Positions 26,601-39,537 of a DNA stretch of 64,000 nt are shown piece after piece; position 1 is the stretch's first letter, and each line of letters starts with the position of its first letter. The translations under genes were made by a program, and so were the position numbers. The stretch lies in contig OX597817.1 of NCBI GenBank assembly GCA_951406725.2, positions 111,414,001-111,478,000 of the forward strand, in the 5' to 3' direction. Source of the stretch: Octopus vulgaris (lineage: Eukaryota). Below the pieces are notes generated by a model. That model had not been told where the DNA came from, did no database searches, and saw only the letters and a list, made by a program, of their open reading frames with translations.

Positions 26601-29600
26601 GAAGAAGCATTTATGTTTTTCAAATCATCTTACCCTTCATGTTTTTATTGTTTAAGCTATACTGTTGCTTCCAGAGTGTCTTTTTTTATTGATATTAAAT
26701 TTTTTGTCATTTGAGGTTTTTTCACCTATTCATGTTGGATCCTTCCTTTTCCATTTCTCTTAGCTAGAATAGATGTCTCCCCACCATTCCATTTTATGTA
26801 GTAAATTTTCTGTCCTTTTTTGAAATGGGATTTGATTGAGGTTTTGACTTTATTGAGAGAAAACTCAGTTTGCCTCAGTACTGCCACCATTACTAAAGAG
26901 ATCAGATCATTCAGTGTACTGATATTTGGGTGGCTTGTTTCTGCAGAATTTTTGTTAGATTTAATCTTTTGTGTAGCTTGGATAGTTAATTAATTTTGTT
27001 ATGTTCTCTTCGCTTTTCTTTTTTGTTGCTGTTAGGATATCTTTAATAATGATTTTGTTGAATATCCTCAAGTCATTAAATATAATTTGTAAAACTATTT
27101 AAAATAGAATTTATCTACTTCATAAGGCACAATGGGTAGGTCGCCAACACCACATGGTCATCAGTTCAAATCTGACTACTACAGTCAGTGTGTTGTGCTC
27201 TTCTCTCACAAGTTACATTATAAATTGTTCTTATTTATTTCAAACTGCTCTACAATTCAGTGGCATCCAGATATAGAAACAATCACAATAAAAACCATCT
27301 GCAAAAGCATAGGGGGGGGGGACAATTCAGAAAGTAAATCTTGTAATTTAGGTGTAAATTTACTGGGCATTATTCTTTTACTTGTTTCAGTCATTTTGAT
27401 TGTGGCCATACTGGAGCACTGGCTTTTAGTCGAAGAAATCAACCTCTAGACTTATTCTTTGTAAGCCTGGTACTTATTCTATTGGTGTCTTTTGCTGAAC
27501 CGCTAAGTTACAGGGAGGTAAACATACCAAGATCATTTGTCAAGCGATGGTAGAGGGATAAACACACAAATATATACATATATATTTGACAGGCTTCTTT
27601 CAGTTTCCATCTACCAAATCCACTCACAAGGTTTTGGTCAGCCTAAAGCTATAGTAGAAGACACTTGTCCAAGGTACCACACATTGGAACTGAACCTGGA
27701 ACCATGTGGTTGGAAAGCAAACTTCTTACCACACAGCCGTGCCTGCTCTTGGATTTTTCTTTTTAGTTTTGGTTCAGTTAAGAATTTAGAGATTTTATTT
27801 CTTATGTAATGTCTTCCTTTATAAAAGCTTAACCATATTCCAGATCAAGTGTGCTATGACACTGTTATATCTCAGAATATTAATATATTAGTGTGTATTT
27901 CTTTTCTGGAAATAGGCATGAAATATAAAATTAAGGAAAAGGGTAATATCTGTGAGATGTATGCATATTTCTCAACAGTTAACAATCTAAGTGAAGGATA
28001 ACTTAATAGACTACTCTAGGATGTCTACCTGAAGTAGATGTATTCACTGTTTCAATGAATTGTCAATAGTTTTTTAGTTGATTAACTCAATCAGAATTTT
28101 AGAGCTAAAATATCATTAAAGGTTTCATTAATGTTGTTGAATTCATATGTATCATACTTCTGGTAATAATGGTTTCAAATTTTGCTATATATGCAGCAAT
28201 TTTGGGGAAGGGGGTGAGTTGATTACATCAATCCCAGTGTTCAACTGGTACTTATTTTGTTGACCTTGAAAGGCAAAGTCGACCTCGTCAGAATTTGAAC
28301 TCGTCACATAGTGATGGGCAAAATATTGCTAAGCATTGGCAATAATGTCTGCTAATCTTCTTTCTATGAGTTCATTTAACTATAGGTGTGCCTTGTGTAG
28401 GGGGGAGGGGGGCAACATATAGAATAGGAAAAAGATTACAAGGACAGAAACACTAGCCATCTAAATACATACCTTCATTAACGATCAAACTATAATATAT
28501 ATTCATTAAAAACAAAAAAAACATTAAAGTAAAAAAAAATTTACAAAGAAGGGTCTGTATGATTTACATTTATGTATTTGACTGCTAGTATAGGTAATAT
28601 TACTTCTTGAAAATAGTGTGCACATACATGTAAAAGCGTATCTATGCCTGTAAATAAAATTTAGACATTCTTATGTATGTGCTCACACTGTCAGTTGGTA
28701 TAATATGTATATGAAGTGAATGCATGCACAGTATTGCTAAAAATGCTCCTTCTTTATTTTTTGTTGGCAAAGTTAAAACTTTATATATGTTTTGATCACT
28801 TCACCCTAAATACTGATATCATCTTATAACCAACTTTATATTTTAGACCTACTTAGATAAATTGGTTTGTTTATTTTCAACGTGCTTCCTTTGGTGCCAT
28901 GCTATCTATACAGTTCAATAGGTTTGTTGGTATGGAGTCTGAGAAACGTGTGATAAGAAAATATCAAAATATAGCTACAAGTATACTTGATTGTCACAGT
29001 GAAGTAGCACAACTTGTCAAGTTCATGCGATAACCACTCATTTTTATACAAAGTTCAAACTGTAATACATATGTTATGGGAAAAATCTAAGAAATTTTTA
29101 GTTGCATGCCAAATATATAAATATTTTGTTTTTTTTAATCTATAAAATATTAGAAATACCATAAAAATTGTTTTCTTTAGGATCTGATTATCTTGGTAAA
29201 TCTTATTTTCATTAGTATCAGTGTAACCTTCTTGACCACACTGGTCACAAATGCTTTTTTTTCCTTACTTACAAATGACCAACTACATACATGCCATTAT
29301 GGTCACACTGCATTTTGGGGTCTATGGGGCATTTAAGACACCTGGAGAACATTATACATTAGTTAAATGTAATAACACTGAAACCATTTACATTTAAGAT
29401 GTTCCTCAGACCAAACTGAAATGCAATTTATGATTTATATCTACAAAGTAATATTCAGCCAAAATTCATAAATCTTAGAGATCAATGACTTTTCATCATC
29501 ATTGAAATATTTGTTTCCATGCTCACATAATTTGGACAAGCCCAGAGTCATGATGCTGCAGCAAATCTTCTCAATCATACCTCTTCTCACCTGTGAGGCC

Positions 29601-29740
29601 AGATATCTATAAAATTTGAATTCAGTTTTAATTTATCTCATTTTATAATAATATATAAGCAGTAGCATCCTTTAGTTAAAAGTTCCAATAAGTCAAACAT
29701 TGGTTCACTGCATTTCCAGTGATGATAGCATAAAGTGGTG

Positions 29741-29802
<62 letters not shown>

Positions 29803-32800
29803 GTGTTGTGTGTGGTTTAGAAGTTTGTTTCTTAACCAAGTAGTTTCAAATTCTATCCCACTGCATGGCACCTTGGACTAGTGTCTTTTACTATAATCCA
29901 AGTATGACCAAGTTTTGTGAGTGAATTTGTGAAGTGGAAACTGAAAGAAAACTGTTTATATATATATATAAAATGTCTGTGTAGTTTACATAGCATGATA
30001 GCTGCTAATGAGAGTCACCTTCATGCAAGCAGTTTCTAATCATCCATTAAAATATGTCCACTCATGAAGCAATGTTACCTTGTTTGGAAATAAGTGAGGG
30101 TTGGCGACAGGCAGGGTATCTGGCTGTAGAAAATCTACCTCAAGAAATTCCATCTAACCCATGCAGGCATGGAAATGTGGCTGTTAATATGATACTGTTG
30201 ATGATGATATATGATATTTGCACACTCTGAAGATCAGTATGCAAAAGAGGATAGTTGCTCTGCTTTGTTAAATTGTGTCTAGTGATGATGATGATGTTGA
30301 TAATCCTTTCTACTATAAGCACAAGTTCCAAATTTTGGGGAAGGGAGCTTGTCAACTGGTACTCATTTTATCAATCCTGAAAAGATGAAAGACAAAGTTG
30401 ACCTGAGTGGAATTTGAACTCAGAATGTAAAACCAGAAGAAATGTTACTATGCATTTTCTCCAGCTCACAAATGATTATGCCAACTCATAAGAAGAAGAA
30501 TTTCTAATTTAGGCAGTTTCCATCTACCATATTTTACTCATAATGTGCTGCACAGTGGAGTCAAACTTGGAACTATATAGGTGCAAAGTGAAATTTTTAA
30601 TCACATAACCATGTCTTCTTCCCTTATTTCTTTGCTACAGCTATCTTCTACTAATATCACAAAGCATTTTTTTATCATCCAGCAGCTATCAGATACTTGT
30701 AGTACCATATATTACATATCTCCCTTGCAAATATTAGCTGATGCTGTTCGTTTTGTATTTCCTATAGATCTCAGTTTCTCTGCAACTGTCATAAATCCTC
30801 CACATGCAACACCTATACTTCATTACTATGTCACATGCACTTCTTACACTTCTTGCACAGAGAGAAAAAACCCTTTGTTACCAACTAATAAGATAACAAC
30901 TTCCTGAACTCCTATCACTTTCTCAGCCTGTTATATTTAGCAACTTCTAACTCTAATTAGGTCAAATAGGGAGCAAACAGGACTGACTACTTGCAAATTA
31001 TATGAGCAATTCATGGATTTCATTTCAAGGGCACCTCTACTGTTAGCTACCTCCTGTGTATGTAGTGCATTTAAAGTCCTTTTTCCCTGTAGATCCATCA
31101 AGAATCCCATTGGGCCTCTACTTCATTGCTAGGTATTGATTTCCCATCATAGTAACTTTTAAAGTATTAATGGACTTTTATACTCTCTGTTATTAACTAG
31201 TAACAGAGAGCATAGAAAAAACTGTTACTGCTGCCAGCACCCTGCATCAATACTTCTTGTAGATACATCAATATAGAAGTACTAAACTCTCAGTAAAACG
31301 AACTCCTGACCAGTTTGGTTTCCTAACTAGAAACACCTGAATCATTAGTGCCTTTGTGACGAATAAATGTTCCAACTTAACATTTCTCTACCTCTTTTAT
31401 GACTTGAAGGCAACATTAAAGAGAAATAATCACTAAACTGGTTTTTTTTTTTCTGGAATATTTTGTAATCAGTAATAATACCCACTAGTAGGTCATTAAC
31501 CTCATTGTGTTCAAGGGAATGGAAAGGAGTTTTGACAATTATTCTTTTTTCCAAGAGCATTTAGTGATGTAAATAGAATAGTTATAATCAAGATTTGAAA
31601 CCTGAATCGAAGACAGCTCACCGAGAACTTACTTTCAATGCTATGCTCTTCTATAATCATTATCAGTCATTTTATCTATGAATATGTTTGAAACTTCAAC
31701 ATCCTCACAAATAGGGTGTTACTTAATTTCCTTCACACATCACTTGCCAAATCTACTCCACCAGATGACTTTAGTTTGACTATGTGAGCAATGTGGCTGA
31801 AAGAACATAGTACTAACAGCACTGAAGCTGTGAAATTTATCCTTTAGTTGTTGGGCCCATATGTTTTTTTTTTTATTTCATGGAATTATAATTGTTTTAG
31901 AATAAGACACAGTTTTTGTATGTGTCATTATTTTCTTTGAAATCATTACTACAATCATCATTCTAAATAGTTTTCAAAAGAGGAAAATGGTAAATATTAA
32001 GTACTTATACATTTCCTTATGATATTTATATTGTAAAAATTCTTAACAAAATAGATTTTTAAATGATTAAATATTTTTGTAAGCTTGTGTTCAGAAAGTT
32101 TATTTTTAAATAAAATGTAAACTGTGAAGTTTGAACTAATTACAAATCTTTTTGTTTTCTTATTCAGATTTTCGAGACAGAAAATCTCACATACGCTGAA
32201 GCCTTATGGGACCATGTTACAATGGACCCAGATGAGCTAGCCTTCCGCGCTGGTGAGGTCATCAAAGTAACAGACATGATAGATAAAGATTGGTGGTGGG
32301 GAATTCTTGAAGATAAAGATGGCTGGTTCCCTGCAAATTTTGTCAGAGTAAGTATACATTTCATTAAGCTGTCTCTTATCTCTTGATCTGTCTTTTTCTC
32401 CAACATTCTTTAATCTCTTTGTCTAAGGATTCTGTGTCACTTTTTCCATATCTATCAGTGTGCATCTTCTTGCTCTATAATTACATCATCCCCCTTTCTC
32501 TGATCGTAGCATAAAAGATTTCTTTTTACTTTTTTCCTTGTGGCTTTTCTTTCCAGTCAAGTAAGCATTCTAACTTGAAATTTATCGCCACTCAGTCATT
32601 GTAAAAGACTGAAGTATGTGGGTGGGGAATTATTTTGGTTTTAAGAGTATTTCCTATTAATTTACTAGATTTTCTTCATTCCTGATTTATAATACTATAT
32701 TCTTCTTCTTTAATTTTTACATGCAATCTTTTGAAGACAGTCTTGTTTACTAAATTTTGATATTGTGAAAAATAGATTCAGCATGGATTTCTTATGTATA

Positions 32801-35800
32801 TAATATCACCATTTTTTTCATTCCTTTCGAAGTCCAAGCATGCTGCTGCAGATTTAAGTAAAAGCTTAAGTTTTCATTACATTAAGTAGAGATTTCATTT
32901 ATTTGCTATCAGAAATGAAGAACCAAACCGTGTTGCTTAAGAGGATATTCATACAAAACTATAGCTAGTTGCACTCTCATTTTCTATTTAGTAAAATTAA
33001 TTTTGTGACAGTACATAATCTAGTCTTACATATTTAAAGCATATATGTTTATATAAATTTGAAAACAATATGAAGCTCAAGACTGGGGGAAAATTACATT
33101 CAAATTTTGCCATCAGTCATATTGTACTGCCAAGCAATGTTACATTACTCTGTTTATCTCAATCTACTTACCTGCCAACAAGTTCCACCTTTAGAATTAG
33201 GGAGGACATCACGTTGTATTCATTTATCATTAAATGTACCCTCGCATTAATACACATAGATACAATTAATTAGTCATCATTAAGACATTTGATTGCATAT
33301 ACATACAGGCACAGGCGTGGTTGTGTGGTAAAAAATTTGCTTCCCAACCACATTATTCTGGGTTCAGACAACATGGCACCTTAGGAAAATCTCTACTATT
33401 GTTCTGTACCAACCAAAGCCTTGTGAGTGTATCTTGTAGAACAGGTACTGAAAGAAACTCATTGTGTATGTGTATGTATAGATATATATATATATAGTGT
33501 GTATGTATGTTTGACAATAGCCTTCATGGCATTGTCTTAGCATGGCTGCAGTCCAGTGACTGAAACGAAGGATAAAAGATACACATAGACATTACATATT
33601 TAGGTACACAGTACTAGATCTAAGAAAATGGTAAATGTCTACGTGTAAGCATATGAGCATGCATTTAAATATGTTTGATGCATGTGTGTATTGTGTGCAG
33701 ATACATGTGCATTTGTAATCAGACATATTTGTCTTAATGATGAGTTATTAATTGTATGAATGTTTGGTTTAGTAAATTCTTATTCAGAATATTTAACCTG
33801 AATCAAGGGAATTCTTTATTTGAAACCTATTCTATTTACTAAATAAACAAGATAATGCAGAAAAGAACTTAGGAAAGAAAGACAAATATTTTTACTTCAA
33901 ATAAATGTACTCAAGCATTAGTTTTTTTTCTATTTAAAGGTGTTTTGATATGGTGTAGTTTATTCAGGTGTTTAATAATAGATCTTTTAGAAAATTAGTG
34001 GAAATGCACAGTTCTCTTCACTGCTTTTTGCAATTGCCAAAAAATTCAGAAAATCTATGATGCTTTAAATGATTCTTGTATTTCTAAGTTACCATATGCT
34101 ATCAGCTAATTTCTTCCTTTCATTTTTTGCTTTCTTTTTTATATGCCTTATGGATGTTGAATGTGATAGTTTTGCTTTGGCTGCCAGATGTCCGACCCAT
34201 TTTATTATGGAATCTATCTTGTAAAGAGAAAGATATCTAATTTAGGATTGGTGGTCTAAACAGAATATTTCATTTGCTAAGTTACTGGATGACTGAATAA
34301 GCCTAGATAGATAATTTTGTACTTTCTTTTAGAGTCTTTAACTTCACCACCACTTTTTTCCCCTTCTGCTCACAAATTTATCACACCATCTTCCTCCTGC
34401 ACTTCTGTATGGAGTTCTACATCATGGACCCAATTGAACAGACTGCTGATATATTATACCTAAAAACAAATATCAGTTTTTATATAGTTTTTTTTATTTA
34501 TTTATTTAATCCAAATTGTAACAGTCCATTATATTTTCTTTTTGAAGGGCACTGGAGGATCAGAAATAGAGTATGAGAAAACTAACAGAATTTAGTTCTC
34601 TCTCTACATTCTGAATTCAGTTCCTGTCAGAATTAATTTGCCTTTTGTCCCATTTTTGTTAACTTAATCCCAGGTCAGCCATGGCCACCCCAAATTATTT
34701 TCAGGAAAAGTTTATCAAGGAATATATTATTCAGTATTGCTTCTATTTCAAGTTCCGTAAAAACCCATGTAATTTGCGCACCTGTGTAATTTACGCAGGT
34801 GATTTTCAGGATAAAAATTATTTAAAAAAATGCTTCTACTCATGTAAAATTTACACCCAAATGTTTTCAGAATTGCCGATATGGCCAGGGAGTAAAGGTT
34901 TTAGCATAATTTTACTTATAGATTTTATTAAATTTTCATCAAATAAAAATGATTTCTGTTTTAACAGGTATCACATTGAAAGCTATTAAATTATGAAGAG
35001 TTTGACTTGTTTATAATAAACTTTATTTTTACATTTCTTGCCCACAAGAGATTATGTCCGATCTTTAGCATACTTCTGAATGTCTTCTCAAATCACGATC
35101 ACAGGAAAAGTTGTTGATAGTTCTTATCAACAAAAACAAAGCTGATAAATATGCACAAGTGTTGCAAAATAAGTTTCATTACCAATAAACATCAACTTGG
35201 ATGGCACTTTACTCGACCGACAGAGGAAGGTGACTGATCAAACTGATTATGTAAACAGAATTCTGATCAAAAGTGTCTTGTCTCAAGCTCTGATTTTTTG
35301 CCTATTCTTGTCGGAACATTTTGATGCAGAGTATTGAACTTTTAATCCCTTTCACACTTATAAAATGTCAAGCAAACTTTAAAATTTGTCATTCCCATTT
35401 TAACCATGCAACCAAAGTGATAGTTTAGTAACCCGTTAAAATAAACATGAAAAATTGAAAGGAGAAAATAAACAGCTTTGCAAGTTTAACAAGAGTTATG
35501 CAAAATTTAAGAAGCGACTTGTTAGAATATACACATCTGTGAGGAGACATAAGCAAGAATAGCAAAAATCTACTATACCAAAAGAACTGATAATACATAC
35601 ATTACAAGTGTTCTATGAAGAGAACATAAGATTGCTGCATAATTCAACATGAATGTGAAACAACATTAAACATCATATAAGGTAAATGAAGGTTTCTGTA
35701 GGAATGCTAAGTCATATTCACTTAGTGAGTTTACATGCACAAGGATGAGCTATGGTGTTGTGGTTGACGTTAGATGCAAATATCAGCTGTGAGGAATTTC

Positions 35801-37568
35801 ATTGTGTCGTAATGTGAAGAAAGCGAGCAAATAGCTTCCTGGTGCAAATGTAAGCTAGACTCCCTAAGCGGAGAAAAACTGATCTATTTAAGGAAAATGC
35901 TGGGCTCCATTGCAATAGGTAGAAACTCCAAGCAATGTAAAATATGGCCTGGGCCATAATTACCAGCATGAACGTCAAACTTTAAAATGTAGTTAACCAT
36001 TTAATGGTTTTAGTAAATTTATACTGAAAAAGTAAGCGTTATACTGTCCAGCATAAATAAAAATCATCATTTTTTTCTGTAAAAACCTATTCTGACATTA
36101 AATGAATCAACTTCCCATACGTCATTTTTCAACAAAAAAATTTCTAAAAAAATTCTGGAAATGATCTACTCATGTAATTTACACACCCCTAAAGTTTATT
36201 TTTGTTTTTGCGAAAAGTATATAAATTACACGGGTTTTTATGGTATGTCGAGTGATGATAGACTTTATAAAATAAGTGCCAGTTCTGTTTTGCAGTCAAT
36301 GCAATAAACTGTACCTTCCTAAACAAATTTCCAACATATTTTCTGTTTGAATTTTGATAATCAAAAGCAATTTTATATATCTTTATACACTATCAGGAAT
36401 TAAGATATTTTCCAAGTTGATAATTTCCTAAAGCTGGAAAATTTACATGCTATTATTAACTAGTTTGTTTCTTGAAGTATAATCTAATTTTCCATAAATT
36501 GTTTGGTTTTACAGGTAAATTAAGTATTTTATTTCATTTCATTTTAGTTGCGAGCCAATCAAGACCATCATTTAGAAGAAGCAGCTAAGTTAGAAGGTGC
36601 TGATTCCAGTAAGGACTCATCCTCCAATGTTGGTAAAACTCACCAGTTCAACAGTAACCAGGCCCGAACCAATGTAATTAATGAGATAATCTCTGCTGAG
36701 AGAGAATATGTTCACCAGTTGGATGATGTTTTACAAGTAAGTTAACCAATGCATTGTTTAAGACTTGATCCATTTTGGGTGAGTTAAGCTTGCTACTTCA
36801 GTGTTACTACCTTGCTAAGCATCAAGAGCACTGTTTAAATCTCTTGATAAAGAAACTCACAAGGCTTGTAGTAACCAACTAAACTTTGCAGTGTTTGTCA
36901 AAGCTTCCAATTACCAAGTAACATTGATTAATAATAATGACTTATTGATTATGAATGTGGTGAATTGGTGGATTCATTTGAGTGTTTCACAAAATACCTT
37001 GTAGCATTTCTTCTACCACAAATTCCACTGTGGTCACCTTTGTCTTTCATCTCTCCAAGGTTGATAAAATAAAGAACCAGTCAAGTACTACTAACCACCT
37101 CCTCCAAAATTTCATATCTTGTACCAATACTAGAAACAATTATTGACCAATTTAATAAACTTCTAGATGTGGTTATAACATGCAGTTAATTCACTGAATA
37201 ATTATTACCATTGATTTATCCCCCACACTAATAAAAAATAACATGTCAGTTGCTTGACTGCTTTTGGTGATCACAAATATTCATTGTATTAATTCTGGTA
37301 CTTGACTGGTACTTATTGATTGTGAAAACTCCTGAAAGACAAAAGGCAAAAATCCATCTAAGTGGGATTTAAATAGATTTGGGACCTTGATTAAATACCA
37401 CAAGGTATTTTGTCTGACACAAAAGCTTTGGTATGTGATTGTGATGACCAGATACAACATTATGTACATCTGGTTTCATCTCTCATTAATTTACATGGTT
37501 TTTGTTCTCTCTATCTCTCTCTCAGTGGAGAACTCGTTTCTTTTCTTTCTGTTTTCTTTCTGTGTGTG

Positions 37569-37611
<43 letters not shown>

Positions 37612-39505
37612 CAATATATAAACGGTTTACTTTTATATTGTTTTACTTTTTAGGGTTATGTTGTTCAAGCCAAGAAAAGGCCAGACATGTTTCCAGACGA
37701 CAAGATTTCTACCATTTTCGGCAATTTGGAGGATATATACACTTTTTCTAAAAAGTTCTTCAAAAGTCTTGAAGTCAGTCTCAAAGATGACTTACACCAA
37801 AGTGAAGTGGGTCATTGTTTTATTGAACATGTAAGTAACTCTGCAGTCTTTAAAGTGCTAATTATTTTAATAAACACCTTAACCCTTTTGATACCAACCT
37901 GCCTGAGACTATTCCTGGTTCTGTAATACAAACTTCCTGTTTTAAAGTGATTAGAATTTTCAATTTGTGTTCTAAACACCAGTTTAAGATTTTGGGAGAT
38001 TACATGAACTCCAGTGCTCCAATGGTACTTACTTTATCAACTCCCAAAAGGATGAATGACAAAGTCAACCCCAGCAGAATTTGAATTCTGAATATCAAGC
38101 CTAAAGAAATGCCACTAAGCATTTTGTCTAGCATGCTAACAATTCTGCTAGCTCCTTGCCATATACTAACTTAATGATGACAGTTATTTTACTTAATTCT
38201 TCATTATTTTCAAAATTAATTGAAGCAGAAGTAATGTATTTCAACAAAAATAAGGTAACAAAAGGGTTAAAGCATAAGACAGTCTGAAATTATAATTAAC
38301 TTTTTTATGTTGAGATTATATCTGGTTAATGTTAAAGCAATTTGGGTGGTCAACATACTCTGTCACCAGTTTAACACCATAATCTGGCTCTTGAGGGTTT
38401 TTAAGTTGGGGGTCCATTTGAACCAGATCTCAAGTTGGAGGATAACCTGCGAGTTATACATTTTACATTTTTTTTCTCCAGCTGTCTTAAGAGGTCGTCT
38501 GAGTTGCCCTCTCTCCTCTAAAAAATTGTAAATTCTGTTTAAGTTAATAGAAGCTTAAGTATTATATTGTGACCATTAATAAATTTGATAGAACATGATT
38601 GATTGATTGATTGAATAATGTTAAACACTTAAAACTGGAAATTTAGGTTACTCAGGAACAATAAATTAGATTACTGTGAGTGATTATTGTGATTAAGTCT
38701 GGAGTGGACATAACAAATTACAATGAATTAAACAGAAAATCATTTTGATACAAGTGACTTATTGAAATTTGCCTAGTGTTGTTTATTTAGTGATTTACAG
38801 AATGTTATAGCAAATGTTTTTCTAAGAGCTGTAGTACAAATGGTAGTCCATTTGGAGTACATTGTAGTTCCACAAGAATGGTGGAATGGTTGGCAGCATA
38901 TTGAAAGGTTTGTTGTTAGTTAATACAAGTTTAAAATGTTTGGGTTTTTTTTTAAGTAAAAAGCATTAAATAGGAGACTGGTATGTTGAGGGAAGGAGAT
39001 CAGGCAATCAAAAATAAGTTTTAAAATCTATTTCCTTTACATGGAGATATGGTAGACTGCCAACACCCTCAATAATATGTTACACTTTAAAAGATACTTA
39101 ATGACAGTGGAAATAGTGCCAATTTGAATCAAAGCACTTTTTGGTGTGCATACTTATACACACACACACACGCACACATAAATATATTTAAAGTTAGTGT
39201 TTTTAATAATATTATTAAAAGTAAGTAACATTCATTGGAAGAAGATTTAATGTATGAGTTTAATGTAAATAATCTATTAGACAGAATTGCTGTGACTTCA
39301 GTTTTGTTGGCAATTCCTTGTTAGACTTGCTAATGAACCTTTGACAGTGAAATTGAAAAATGTATTTCTTCTAATCTTTCTGTCTAATAAATTGTGTGTG
39401 TGTATGTATGTATGTATGTGTGTATGTACATACATACACACACACATACATACGCACACACATACATACACACACACACATACATACACACATACATACA
39501 CACAC

Positions 39506-39537
<32 letters not shown>

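Noticed and set aside
30900-31680. Possible decayed LINE remnant (also ~46780-47230)
   Set aside because: I could not read convincing protein motifs by eye.
32164-32406. Minus-strand 80-aa ORF
   Set aside because: Antisense shadow of the SH3 exon.
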